DNA of 64,000 bases from Elainellaceae cyanobacterium (GCA_049647405.1 JBARXP010000099.1:669-64668); one strand, 5' to 3'; shown: positions 23,262-33,265, numbered from the stretch's first letter. Notes: generated by a model not told the origin, from the letters alone. Numbers and translations are program-made.

Positions 23262-25430
23262 ATGGCACCAGAGTTTATCACTCCACTCGCTCAGGGTCGG
23301 CGAACCCTAGCTGCAATCGTTATTACCGATGGCGTGGGATTCAGTGCCCGTATGTCTACGGACGAAGAGCTGACCCTGGGCCTCATTCATCGTGATTTGC
23401 AGATGATGACGCAGATCTGTGAGCCCGAAGGAGGCCAGGTACTCAAGTCTACGGGCGATGGGCTATTGATGTGTTTTGCTAGTGCTGCCCAGGCGATGAG
23501 TTGCGCGATCGCCATTCAGCAGCAGTTTGCCGAACTCTCGGCTCATCGGCAGCCACAAGATGTGCTGATGCATCGCATCGGAGTGCATCTTGGTGATGTT
23601 TTCTTGAGCGAATCTGATGTCATGGGAAATGGTGTCAATATTGCGGCTCGACTCCAAACTCAGGCAGAACCCGGTGGCATCTGTCTCTCCCAAACCGTCT
23701 ACGACGTGGTCAAGTCGCAGCTATCGCTCAAGGCTCGATTTATGGGAGCGCTGCATCTAAAAAATATTCAGGAACCCGTTCCGGCTTACCACATGATGCC
23801 AGCGGGCGATCGCCCAGATGAACCTGGTTCTGAACAAAATACTGACCCGTCAGGCCAAGTCGATTCCTCAATTGAGCCAGCGACACAAGCTGTCCAACCC
23901 GCTGTCCAGCCAGCCGTCCAACCGTCCGAGTCAGCCAGCTCATCCGATTCAAGAGGGTTTTCCGTCACCCGCATGGATGAGAACGGGAGCCCCGCTCTCC
24001 CCGAGGTCAAAGCTTTTCTCCAGCAGGAAGTGATTTCTACCGGGGAGCTGATTCACGATCGCTACCGGATTCAGACCTCGCTTGGGCAAGGCGGTTTTGG
24101 TCGAACCTACCTCGCCAAAGACATTCATCGCTTTGACGATTTGTGCGTGCTAAAAGAATTTATGCCGCTCAACACCTCCGATTATGTGGTAGAAAAGGCA
24201 CGCACATTGTTTGAGCGAGAGGCGAAGGCGCTTTATCAGCTCAACCATCCGCAGATTCCGAAGTTTCTTGCCTGGTTTACCTATGCCAGTCGGCTGTTTA
24301 TCGTGCAGGAATATGTCAATGGGTCGTCCTATTCACGATTGCTGCAAACTCGATTGCAGAAGGGATGTACGTTTTCTGAGGCAGAAGTGCTGCAGTGGCT
24401 CTACGACTTGCTGATGGTACTCGACTATCTCCATAACCAGGGCATCGTTCATCGCGATATCTCAACCGACAATGTGATGCAGCCAGACAATTCGCCCAAA
24501 CCTGTACTGATCGACTTTGGTCTAGTCAAGCAAACGGTCTCAGACGTGTTGGCGCAATCTTCTAGTCAATCGTCTCAGAGTGGGGAAATGTCTAAGCGGT
24601 CGTTTGTCGGCAAGCTGGGCTATGCGCCGCCCGAACAAATCCGCATGGGGCAGTGTTTTCCATCGAGCGACTTATATGCTCTTGCCGTGACGGCATTAGT
24701 GCTACTGACAGGCCAACAGCCCAATCTGTTAATCAATCCTCATTCTTTAGAGTGGGACTGGCGATCGCACATCACAGTCAGCGATACCTTTGCCCAGTTA
24801 ATCACCCGCATGTTGGCCGAGCGACCGAGCGATCGCTATCCCACCGCCGCCGCCGCGCTGTGTGCCATCCATGATTCTCCTCTAATTCAGCAGATCACCC
24901 TACGCCCGGTCGAAACTCAAATTCAGTCTCAGGCTTGTGCAACAGAACAGGCAGCTCTCAGCCAAAATATTCAAGATATTCCCCCCGTTTCCGCAGCAAG
25001 TTTTCTGAATCCAGAGTTTTTAGAAACGTGCCGAACAGCATTAATCCAGTGCATTGGCCCAATGGCGAATTATCTCTTGGTCGATCTCCAGGGAAACCAT
25101 CCCAACGTTAGCCCCGAACGGTTTGTGCAGCTACTGGTGCAAGAGATTCCCAACACGCATCAGGCCGAGCAGTTTCAGACGGTCATGGAAGATACGTTGA
25201 GACTTGCTTCCCAACGTTCAACAGCCAAGACCAGCATAGATTCTGAGTTTATCAAGCGCTGTCAACGCGAGTTGGCTCAGTGCATCGGCCCCATGGCTAG
25301 CTTCATCCTCGATGATGTGATGGTGCAGATGAAGCCGACTACGCCCCAAGAGCTAATTCAGGCGATCGCCATCGAAATCCCTGATCCCAAAAAAGCAAAA
25401 GAATTTGAAGCCGCTATGCGATCGGTTTAG
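23262..25430 (+). CDS. multidomain signalling protein: class III adenylate/guanylate cyclase domain + Ser/Thr protein kinase domain + two C-terminal repeats of about 65 aa
   Basis: The CHD domain carries the metal Asp residues (ITDGVGFS, GDGLLMCF), K...D and the N/R pair (GNGVNIAARL). The kinase domain has GQGGFG, VLKE, HRDISTDN, DFG and APE motifs. The C-terminus holds two homologous modules (…CRTALIQCIGPMANYLL… and …CQRELAQCIGPMASFIL…). Confidence 0.8.
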   Translation: MAPEFITPLAQGRRTLAAIVITDGVGFSARMSTDEELTLGLIHRDLQMMTQICEPEGGQVLKSTGDGLLMCFASAAQAMSCAIAIQQQFAELSAHRQPQDVLMHRIGVHLGDVFLSESDVMGNGVNIAARLQTQAEPGGICLSQTVYDVVKSQLSLKARFMGALHLKNIQEPVPAYHMMPAGDRPDEPGSEQNTDPSGQVDSSIEPATQAVQPAVQPAVQPSESASSSDSRGFSVTRMDENGSPALPEVKAFLQQEVISTGELIHDRYRIQTSLGQGGFGRTYLAKDIHRFDDLCVLKEFMPLNTSDYVVEKARTLFEREAKALYQLNHPQIPKFLAWFTYASRLFIVQEYVNGSSYSRLLQTRLQKGCTFSEAEVLQWLYDLLMVLDYLHNQGIVHRDISTDNVMQPDNSPKPVLIDFGLVKQTVSDVLAQSSSQSSQSGEMSKRSFVGKLGYAPPEQIRMGQCFPSSDLYALAVTALVLLTGQQPNLLINPHSLEWDWRSHITVSDTFAQLITRMLAERPSDRYPTAAAALCAIHDSPLIQQITLRPVETQIQSQACATEQAALSQNIQDIPPVSAASFLNPEFLETCRTALIQCIGPMANYLLVDLQGNHPNVSPERFVQLLVQEIPNTHQAEQFQTVMEDTLRLASQRSTAKTSIDSEFIKRCQRELAQCIGPMASFILDDVMVQMKPTTPQELIQAIAIEIPDPKKAKEFEAAMRSV

Positions 25431-25461
25431 TCTCAGGGATTACTGCTCCTTGACCCGATTA

Positions 25462-26271
25462 TCAAGACTTCCAGGCTTGGGGTTGCTGAAATCGATACAC
25501 ATCCCGCAGCACCTTTACCCAACCGTCAGAGACAGAATCGAGCAGGCGATCGCCCTTTTCTTTTGTGGCAACGGTTGCATCTCCCAGCACTCCGCTGCGG
25601 CTGAGATCGCGGGTCGTCCAGGCAAAGGGGAGCTTGCCCTCCATGCTGAGCAGGCTATCTTCGGGAAGTCCGTGGGGATATTCAGCCACGGCTCGATCCA
25701 TCTTCACCTGATCGGGCAAGATTGAGAGCAGCACGCTGGTTTCAGCATCCCCCGCATGGATGCCCAGTTCCTTCTCTTTTTGAGACAGCAGCTCGCTGCC
25801 CACGTGGGGCGCACGCCAGCTAAACAGCGGAAACACCAGAAAATCTTCTTTGGCCTGGTGCAAATCGCGGGCGACGATTTCCATGATTTGGGGCTGGCCG
25901 CCGTGGGCATTGAGCAAGACCAGCTTGCGAAATCCAGCGCGGTAGATACTCTCTGCCACTTCCATCAGCACGGTGATCAGCGTTTGAGCCGTCAGCGTAA
26001 TCGTGCCCGGAAAATGCCAGTGCTCATTCGACTTGCCGTAGCACTGGCAGGGCAGCGCATACACCGGAACCTCCGGCTCTAGCTTTTCTAGCGCTTGACC
26101 GAGAATGGCCGTGGCGATCGCCGAATCCACCACAATCGGCAGGTGGGGGCCGTGTTGCTCAATGGCACCCACGGGCTGCACAATCACCACATTTTCCTTG
26201 TCGGGCATGTCGCGAATGTCTGTCCAGGTGAGGTATGGAAAAAAGCGTTCGGGAGGAATGAATCCGTGCAT
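25462..26271 (-). CDS. creatininase-family amidohydrolase
   Basis: The N-terminus (TWTDIRDMPDKENVVIVQPVGAIEQHGPHLP) matches the creatininase/creatinine amidohydrolase family motif. About 270 aa. Confidence 0.75.
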   Translation of the reverse strand: MHGFIPPERFFPYLTWTDIRDMPDKENVVIVQPVGAIEQHGPHLPIVVDSAIATAILGQALEKLEPEVPVYALPCQCYGKSNEHWHFPGTITLTAQTLITVLMEVAESIYRAGFRKLVLLNAHGGQPQIMEIVARDLHQAKEDFLVFPLFSWRAPHVGSELLSQKEKELGIHAGDAETSVLLSILPDQVKMDRAVAEYPHGLPEDSLLSMEGKLPFAWTTRDLSRSGVLGDATVATKEKGDRLLDSVSDGWVKVLRDVYRFQQPQAWKS

Positions 26272-26389
26272 GGTTTCAAATCAATTGAAATTGTAGAGAC
26301 TTTCGGTTGCAGTCGCGCTAGTTGCCAATTCTTGATGGAGTCCACTATTTTTTGGATGTGCTTCTTCATACTTTAAGTGGATATCTGTT

Positions 26390-28468
26390 GTGAGCGATCG
26401 CCCCTTTCTAGATCTTGAGAGCCACTGGGCCAAAGACTGCGTCATGGCCTTAGCCGAGCGTAACCTAATTCAGGGCTATGACGACCAAACGTTTCGCCCT
26501 GAGCAACCCATCACTCGCGCTGAATTTTCTGCTCTGCTCAAGCGCGTGTTTCCTGCTTTTGAGGCGGTGCGTTCGGCTGCTGAATTTCTCGATGTGCCTG
26601 AATCTCACTGGGCATTTGACCCCGTCACTTGGGCTGTCGAGCGAGGCTTTTTTGCAGGCTACCCCGACGATACCTTTCATCCTGATGAATTATTGGCGCG
26701 ATCGCCCGCCTTGGCCGTGCTCAGCAGCGGCTTGAAACTGGGAGAAACGGAGCGCGTCGATCAGATTCTTGCCGCTTACTTTGATGATGAAGCCCAAATC
26801 GAGCTAATGTTTCGACAGGCGATCGCCACAGCAACCCTCAACCAGCTAGTGGTGAATGTGCCCGACGTGCGCAAACTTCGCCCCCTAGACGAAGTGACGA
26901 GGGCCGAAGTGGCCGCGTTCATCGCTCAGGCATTAGACCTGCCCGGTGTACCGCCTCAATTTATAGTCTGGAGTCTGCAACTGTCTGACTTGCCTGAAGA
27001 TGCGGCGATTCCGTTTGAGGAACTGCGATCGCACTCTGTCTTAACTCGTCAGATTCAACTGGAGCTAACCCGACTCGGCCTGTATGTCGGTAGTAGTCAA
27101 ATCGATGGTCTCTATGGAGGCCGTACTGAGGTTGCGCTGCTTCAGTTTATCGAAGAGGTGAAGCTGCCCAATGGTGAAACACGCCTTCTCGATCGGGCAC
27201 TGGCAAAAGCGCTGATCAAAGCCACAGCAGATGACTTTAAGCTGGTAGCTGCCCGTAAACGTCAGCAGGTTTTTCAAGACTATTACGCCCAAGAAGCCGG
27301 ATTGAGTGCCCATTTGCTGGCTTTTCTCGACCGGGGCTATGGGCGATCGCCCTATGTCAACGAAATCAATGCCTTTCCCGACCGACTCAAAGAAATTCCG
27401 AACGGTCAAGATTTGGTCGCCCCCGACCTAGATCAGCTCACCGCGTTTCCCAACGTCGGCAAAGTACCCACCATTGACGAAACGGGGCTAAGTTTTCTGC
27501 ATTCTGACATCAAGCAAGCCTGTGTTTGTCTGCTGAGCAATGACGATGGCGTGCGATCGCGCTGGCTCGGGCGCAATGCCCTGAAAAATGTGGAATGCTG
27601 GAGCACCACAAAAATTCTCACGATTCTCAATGTGGCCTGTCAGGCCAACGCAGCCGACCCATCGATTGATCTCGACACCTGCAAAATCCGGGTAAAGGGA
27701 CACCCTGGCGGTTACGGATTTCACGACATCGTTCGCGATATTTTTACCTACGAATCTCGCATCGCCTCATCCAATTCTCTGGCTTACATGCTGAAACAGT
27801 TTCAGACGCCGCTCCAGCTTGACTCGTGGGTTAAAGACATCACCGGAAATCGGCATCTCAGCTTTCAAGGTCGGTATGGTGAGCCTGCTTTTATGACGAC
27901 TCCCGAACTGTGGGATGAACGCGCTCGGAAGGTGATTTTGGCAGGCAATCCCAACGAGCATCTCTCAGGCAACTCGGTTTCGCTCTACGACCTGACTCGC
28001 ACGATCACTATGCTGGGCTGGCATCATCATCTCACCCGCGAAACTCGTCTCCCCGGTGCCCAGTGGGATACGTTGGAAGGGCTGGTTCGGGCTTTTGCCA
28101 CCGACAAAGCTCGTTATTTAGATGCGGCGATCGCCCGTCTGGGGCTAGACTCAGTGATTCGCTCTCCCGTGATTATTTCCAAACTGGGGGATGGTCGCAG
28201 CTCCATCCGCGATCGCGCCGAAATCGTCTACGTTGCCTTCTGTCAGTTTGTCGATAAGCGTCCCAAAGCCGAAGGCAAACCGCCCAAACAGCGGGCGATC
28301 GCCCTGGGTCTGCTATCAGCCATCGACTTTGGCGGTGACTATGATCGCGAAGCAACCCACCTCGACGCCCGCATGGCGGCAGAAGTGACCGAGATTCTGC
28401 GGCGTGTGGTGACCGATGACTGGCTCAGCCAAGCCTCTCAGACCATTCGATTTGGCATGGGGCGATAG
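26390..28468 (+). CDS. SLH-domain / peptidoglycan-binding-domain protein with large uncharacterised C-terminal domain
   Basis: Three N-terminal SLH-like repeats (HWA...GY.D.TFRP...ITRAE), then a PG_binding_1-like segment (LTRLGLYVGSSQIDGLYGGRTEVALLQF), then about 400 aa of unknown function. The start is a GTG with no recognisable signal peptide. Confidence 0.65.
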   Translation: MSDRPFLDLESHWAKDCVMALAERNLIQGYDDQTFRPEQPITRAEFSALLKRVFPAFEAVRSAAEFLDVPESHWAFDPVTWAVERGFFAGYPDDTFHPDELLARSPALAVLSSGLKLGETERVDQILAAYFDDEAQIELMFRQAIATATLNQLVVNVPDVRKLRPLDEVTRAEVAAFIAQALDLPGVPPQFIVWSLQLSDLPEDAAIPFEELRSHSVLTRQIQLELTRLGLYVGSSQIDGLYGGRTEVALLQFIEEVKLPNGETRLLDRALAKALIKATADDFKLVAARKRQQVFQDYYAQEAGLSAHLLAFLDRGYGRSPYVNEINAFPDRLKEIPNGQDLVAPDLDQLTAFPNVGKVPTIDETGLSFLHSDIKQACVCLLSNDDGVRSRWLGRNALKNVECWSTTKILTILNVACQANAADPSIDLDTCKIRVKGHPGGYGFHDIVRDIFTYESRIASSNSLAYMLKQFQTPLQLDSWVKDITGNRHLSFQGRYGEPAFMTTPELWDERARKVILAGNPNEHLSGNSVSLYDLTRTITMLGWHHHLTRETRLPGAQWDTLEGLVRAFATDKARYLDAAIARLGLDSVIRSPVIISKLGDGRSSIRDRAEIVYVAFCQFVDKRPKAEGKPPKQRAIALGLLSAIDFGGDYDREATHLDARMAAEVTEILRRVVTDDWLSQASQTIRFGMGR

Positions 28469-28784
28469 CGGCCTGTCCGGGTTCGGTAATCCATGATTGA
28501 AAAACATGGAGCAGCCGACATTTAATAGAGATAGCGTAGTCGCGTAACTATCTGTTCGCCCTCACCCTAAATCCCTCTCCCAGAAAGAGAGGGACTTTGA
28601 ATTCGGCTCCCCTTCTTCCAAATTTGGGAGAAGGGGTTGGGGAATGAGGGTCTGGGTCGCGCAGGAATTCAGCCCGAATCTAGGTAACGAGACATTGAGG
28701 GTCTGTGAGGGCTCTTGGTTACGTAGGCTGACTACAGGTAGGGCATCTTCCACATGCACACCCCTCATCTGGCAAAAAACGTTC

Positions 28785-30671
28785 ATGAGTGATTTTTTTA
28801 AGGGCTTCGAGCAACTTCTAGAACTGGCAAAAACCCTCGAAGAGAAGGCAGAAAAAGGCGAGCTAAAGACTGACGTTCAGTTTCGCTCAAGCCATCTCAG
28901 CAGCATTCCACGTCAGGGCAATCGTTCCTCTAGCAGCAGTAGCGATAACATCGGCACCGAAAAGATTCGTCGCCCCGCAGCCGATCGCCCAAACAATTCG
29001 GCACCGGGTCGTGCAGGCAATGGAGACGACTCTGCCTCAGACGATCCCAATGTCATCATCACGCCCCCCCCTGAAGACGAGGGCGAGCGCCCCTCTCTCA
29101 GCGACGTAGGCGGATTGTCGGAAGTGCTCAATGAGCTGAAGGAGCTAGTCGAAATTCCTCTCAAGCGCCCAGATTTGCTGGCAAAGCTAGGGCTAGAACC
29201 CACCCGAGGCGTCTTACTTGTAGGGCCTCCCGGCACCGGAAAAACCCTCACCGCCCGCGCCCTGGCAGAAGCTCTAGATGTCAGCTACATCGCCATTGTT
29301 GGCCCTGAGGTCATGGGCAAATATTATGGAGAGGCAGAAGGTCGCCTGCGGGGCATCTTTGAAAAAGCGACGAAGGCCGCTCCCTGCCTCGTGTTTATTG
29401 ACGAAATCGACAGCCTCGCCCCCGATCGCAGCAAGGTTGAAGGGGAAGTCGAAAAGCGTCTCGTCGCCCAACTGCTGAGCCTCATGGATGGCTTTGCCGC
29501 GTCGAAAGGGGTGATTGTCGTCGCCGCAACCAACCGTCCGGATCACCTTGATCCAGCCTTGCGCCGTCCCGGACGCTTCGACCGCGAAGTCCACTTCCGC
29601 GTCCCTGACCGAGACGGACGCCTGGAAATTCTCAACATTCTCACCCGCAAGATGCCCCTAGAAGACAGCGTGGAGTTGGGGGCGATCGCCGACCTCTGTC
29701 TAGGACTCGTCGGAGCCGACCTCAAAGCCCTCTGCCAAAAAGCGGCCTACGTTGCGCTTCGTCGCCAAGTGAAATCTTTAGATGAGCCGATTCCCAACAG
29801 TTTGACCATTAGCCAAAACGATTTTCTCCAGGCTATCCGCGAGGTGAAGCCTTCGGCATTGCGTTCTGTAGAAGTCGAAAGTCCGAATGTGACGTGGGAC
29901 GATATCGGCGGTCTTGATAGCGTCAAGCAAACCCTGCAAGAGTCGGTCGAAGGGGCGCTACTCTACCCCGAACTTTACCAGCAGACCAAAGCTCAGGCTC
30001 CGCGCGGCATCTTGCTGTGGGGGCCACCGGGTACGGGCAAAACCCTATTGGCGAAGGCGATCGCCGCCCAAGCCCGCGCCAACTTCATCTCCGTCAGCGG
30101 CCCCGAACTGCTGACTAAATGGGTCGGTGATGCCGAGCAGGCCGTGCGAGAACTGTTTGCCAAAGCGCGGCAGGTGTCGCCCTGCGTCGTGTTTATCGAC
30201 GAAATTGACTCGCTGGCTCCCGCCCGAGGTAAATACAGCGGCGACTCCGGCGTGAGCGATCGCGTCGTTGGGCAACTGCTGACCGAGCTTGACGGACTCA
30301 AGGGCTGCGTTGATGTGCTGCTCGTCGGAGCCACCAATCGCCCTGACGCTCTCGACCCAGCCCTGTTGCGAGCAGGCCGACTCGATCTGCAAATCAAAAT
30401 CGATCTGCCCGATTTGGAAAGCCGCCTCGCCATCCTTCAGGTTCACAACCAAGAGCGGCCTCTGGCTGATGAGATTGATCTGTCAACGTGGGCGACTCAA
30501 ACCGATGGCTGGAACGGAGCCGATCTGACACTGCTCAGCAACCAGGCAGCCCTCGAAGCCGTGCGTCGCTATCGCTCCCAGCCTCTGACCGACCCCAGCC
30601 AGATTCGGATTACGACCAACGATTTTGCGATCGCCCACACGATGCTGCTCAATCAACGCCAAGCACGCTGA
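28785..30671 (+). CDS. Cdc48/VCP-like AAA+ ATPase with two AAA domains
   Basis: Two complete AAA modules, each with Walker A GPPGTGKT, Walker B DEID and second-region-of-homology arginines. The start is set at the MSDFFKGFEQL ATG (28785); the listed ORF extends upstream without conservation. Confidence 0.8.
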   Translation: MSDFFKGFEQLLELAKTLEEKAEKGELKTDVQFRSSHLSSIPRQGNRSSSSSSDNIGTEKIRRPAADRPNNSAPGRAGNGDDSASDDPNVIITPPPEDEGERPSLSDVGGLSEVLNELKELVEIPLKRPDLLAKLGLEPTRGVLLVGPPGTGKTLTARALAEALDVSYIAIVGPEVMGKYYGEAEGRLRGIFEKATKAAPCLVFIDEIDSLAPDRSKVEGEVEKRLVAQLLSLMDGFAASKGVIVVAATNRPDHLDPALRRPGRFDREVHFRVPDRDGRLEILNILTRKMPLEDSVELGAIADLCLGLVGADLKALCQKAAYVALRRQVKSLDEPIPNSLTISQNDFLQAIREVKPSALRSVEVESPNVTWDDIGGLDSVKQTLQESVEGALLYPELYQQTKAQAPRGILLWGPPGTGKTLLAKAIAAQARANFISVSGPELLTKWVGDAEQAVRELFAKARQVSPCVVFIDEIDSLAPARGKYSGDSGVSDRVVGQLLTELDGLKGCVDVLLVGATNRPDALDPALLRAGRLDLQIKIDLPDLESRLAILQVHNQERPLADEIDLSTWATQTDGWNGADLTLLSNQAALEAVRRYRSQPLTDPSQIRITTNDFAIAHTMLLNQRQAR

Positions 30672-30731
30672 AATGGCTATTAGTCGAGTGTAAGGAGTAG
30701 AAATATTGAACCCATTTGGAGAAATAGGATC

Positions 30732-30986
30732 ATGCCTGAACCGTCAGTCGAAGAAGTCAAGAAACAAGCACTTGCAACCCTGATGGCACATTTTGTTCAG
30801 CAAGGTCACCCTGAGCAATACGCTCAGCACATGGCGATGTTGGCAATTTTTCAAACTGACTTGGAATTGCGAAATGCTCAGATGACGCGGTTGCTCGGAT
30901 GGCTAAAACAAGACCATGCCGACATCTATGAACAGGCGGCAGAGTTGGTCGAAGAAGTGCGGCTTGAGTTTGAAACTCGGCTGTAG
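30732..30986 (+). CDS. hypothetical small protein (84 aa)
   Basis: ORF only, with no recognisable motif. It is the first gene of the accessory island. Confidence 0.3.
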   Translation: MPEPSVEEVKKQALATLMAHFVQQGHPEQYAQHMAMLAIFQTDLELRNAQMTRLLGWLKQDHADIYEQAAELVEEVRLEFETRL

Positions 30987-31153
30987 TTTCTGTTAGGAAA
31001 AGGGGCGATACGGGCTACGCCCAGGCAAGCCAACGCTCTTGCCTTGTGGGGAGGGCGATCGCCCATTTATAGAAAAGGGGCGATCGCCCTTCATCAAAAC
31101 TCCAGGACTTCACAGTGTTAGCATCAAGACCAATGAGCATTTAGGTCATCGTA

Positions 31154-31522
31154 GTGACGATCACAAAAGAACAAATGGCTGTCTATCGAGCGTCTGCTCA
31201 GCAACGGCAACGGCAACAGCTAGAGCATTCGCGTCAACGTTATCAATTGGGCATGACCGTTGTTCAACAAGCGACTGAACTGCTCAAACAAGAATTTCGA
31301 GTGAAAAAAGTGGTCTTGTTTGGTTCTATGCGATCGCCCAATAGAGTTCACGAACGCTCTGATGTAGACCTTGCTGTTTGGGGACTTAACCCAAAACACT
31401 ACTATCGGGCCGTAGGCCAACTTCAAGGACTCCATCCTGACATTTCGGTAGATCTCATTGAAGCTGAATCAGCCTCGCCGCAGATGCTGAGAGAGATTGA
31501 GACAATTGGAATTGTGTTATGA
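31154..31522 (+). CDS. minimal nucleotidyltransferase (MNT; type VII antitoxin-like)
   Basis: Contains the GS...DVDL nucleotidyltransferase motif (VVLFGSMRSPNRVHERSDVDLAVWG). It overlaps the downstream HEPN gene by 4 bp (ATGA). Confidence 0.7.
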   Translation: MTITKEQMAVYRASAQQRQRQQLEHSRQRYQLGMTVVQQATELLKQEFRVKKVVLFGSMRSPNRVHERSDVDLAVWGLNPKHYYRAVGQLQGLHPDISVDLIEAESASPQMLREIETIGIVL

Positions 31523-32007
31523 GTCAGAATGCCATTAGTCTTGCTGTTCGCATTCGCGCAGAGTTAGCTGATATTGATCAAGTCGTTGAACGAACGCAGC
31601 GATTGCTAGCAAAAGCAATCGAACGTAATGATGACGACTATTATGATGGTGTTGCCCTTAATCTCCATAGCTTTTACACAGCGACTGAGCGCATTTTAGA
31701 AGAAATTGCCCGAGAAATTGATGCTGCTATCCCTACAGGCCCTGAGTGGCATCGAGATTTGCTATTGCAAATGTCAGCAGAATTTCCAAAGGTTCGCCCG
31801 CCTGTGCTGCAACGAACATCTCGACGTTGTTTAGATGAGTATAGAGGGTTGCGTCATGTGATTCGGAATGTATATACGTTTGACTTGAAGCCGACTCGTT
31901 TACGAGAGTTAGTTAGCATGATGCCCGAATGTCATGCTTCTCTGGTAAAAGACATAACAGATTTTTGCGCCTTCCTCGAAGCTTTAGGGCAATCCGAAAT
32001 ATCGTAA
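31519..32007 (+). CDS. HEPN-domain protein (HepT/HI0074-like toxin partner of the MNT)
   Basis: 162 aa, translationally coupled to the upstream MNT. Contains a R-x4-H-x-I-R-N-x-Y-like HEPN signature (RGLRHVIRNVY). Confidence 0.55.
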   Translation: MSQNAISLAVRIRAELADIDQVVERTQRLLAKAIERNDDDYYDGVALNLHSFYTATERILEEIAREIDAAIPTGPEWHRDLLLQMSAEFPKVRPPVLQRTSRRCLDEYRGLRHVIRNVYTFDLKPTRLRELVSMMPECHASLVKDITDFCAFLEALGQSEIS

Positions 32008-32052
32008 GCGATCGCCTCTTGCTGAGAAGAGGGGCGATCGCTTTTGTTTTGG
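32007..32052 (+). terminator. rho-independent terminator after the MNT-HEPN operon
   Basis: A 13-14 bp near-perfect stem (agcgatcgcctctt / aagaggggcgatcgct) is followed by TTTGTTTTGG. Confidence 0.5.
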
Positions 32053-32161
32053 AGAGAGGGGTTGAATGTAGTCTGTATCGCCTTCTCTGCCAGTCAAATA
32101 AAATGAAGAGGTCTGGCTCAAGATTCAGTTATCTTGATATCAATAACAACCGTTTTGCTAC

Positions 32162-32401
32162 TTGCGGCGTATGAGTACTTTTGAGCAAATCCTGGATGGG
32201 GTAGCTGATTTACCCCTTGATCAGCAAGAACTTCTCATTGAGATCGTGAAGCATCGCACGACTGCTGCACGTCGTCAGGAACTGGCGAAAACCTCTCAAG
32301 AAGCATTAGCTGAATACCGAACAGGACAGCTTCAGCCTCAGACTTCACAAGAGGCGATCGCTGAATTACGGGCATATTTGGAGAGCACTGAAGACGAATG
32401 A
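32162..32401 (+). CDS. putative addiction-module (antitoxin-like) small protein, orphan
   Basis: About 75 aa, helical and acidic at the C-terminus. It resembles small cyanobacterial addiction-module component families. No toxin gene lies adjacent. Confidence 0.3.
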   Translation: MRRMSTFEQILDGVADLPLDQQELLIEIVKHRTTAARRQELAKTSQEALAEYRTGQLQPQTSQEAIAELRAYLESTEDE

Positions 32402-32539
32402 GAAAGCTCGTTCTCACCTCTCGACTCAAGCGATCGCCCTTTTTGTGAAGTGGATAAAGTAACACAATTTAGCTAATTAATTTGTAGAATAAAAGCATTG
32501 ACTAAATGGTATAAATTAATTGAATTTTAAAAATTAATT

Positions 32540-33265
32540 ATGGCAAAAAGAAAACCTAAACCGGGTAAATGCGTACATTGTCTTAAGACATTCGAGAATC
32601 TAACTTGGGATCATGTATTTCCACAAGCTTGGTACCCAACTACAACCAAGCCAGACGAATATAAATGGCAGGTTCCAAGTTGTCAGGATTGTAATAGAGA
32701 GTATGGCAACTTAGAAAATGACTTTCTGACTCGTATATCAATTTTCTTAGAACCCTCTGACTTAGCTTGCGCAGGCATCTTTGAAAAAGGAATGCGAGCG
32801 CTTGACCCTAAATATGCAAAAAACAATAAAGATAAAAAATTTCGAAAAGCTAAAAAAGAGAAAATTCTAAGAGAACTTTGGGTGGGAGAGGAAATTCCTC
32901 AAAAGCATCTTTATCCAAATTTTGGTTTGTCTTCCCACCTCCCTATAGAAGAACAGGTTGCAGTTCCAATCAGATCAGACTCAGTACAGCGTATAGCGGA
33001 AAAAATTGTCCGAGGAATTTTTTACATTGAAGATCATCTCTTGATAGAACCTCCGTATAAGATAGAGAGCTATGTATTGAGTGACAAAGGTTATCAACGA
33101 GTGATAGATGCTGCAAAGAGATTTGGCTCTGTTTATAAAAGGGAACCTGGAATCACAGTATTTCGAGCAGTTGTTCCGGAATGTTCACCTAGCTCACTAT
33201 TTGCTATCGAAATATGGAAGCGATGGAAAGTCTATGCGACTGTTTTAGTTTCTGACGTCACTTAA
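32540..33265 (+). CDS. HNH-endonuclease-domain protein with uncharacterised C-terminal domain
   Basis: The N-terminus reads CVHC...WDHVFP...CQDCN, matching the HNH zinc-finger/His-Asn-His arrangement. The gene sits in a markedly AT-rich patch. Confidence 0.55.
   Translation: MAKRKPKPGKCVHCLKTFENLTWDHVFPQAWYPTTTKPDEYKWQVPSCQDCNREYGNLENDFLTRISIFLEPSDLACAGIFEKGMRALDPKYAKNNKDKKFRKAKKEKILRELWVGEEIPQKHLYPNFGLSSHLPIEEQVAVPIRSDSVQRIAEKIVRGIFYIEDHLLIEPPYKIESYVLSDKGYQRVIDAAKRFGSVYKREPGITVFRAVVPECSPSSLFAIEIWKRWKVYATVLVSDVT

Noticed and set aside
28561-28640. Two consecutive stem-loops (ccctctc...gagaggg; ccccttct...agaagggg) after the SLH gene stop, considered as a terminator
   Set aside because: The stems are good, but no U-tract follows on the plus strand (ttggggaatgagg). 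I kept them as possible structural or regulatory hairpins rather than annotating a terminator.
28913-30528. Several overlapping ORFs on both strands within the Cdc48-like AAA gene, and similar ones in ctaD (42753-43670) and mutS2 (60418-61253)
   Set aside because: They are GC-rich shadow ORFs in Arg/Ala/Ser/Pro-rich antisense frames. The sense genes have unambiguous homology.
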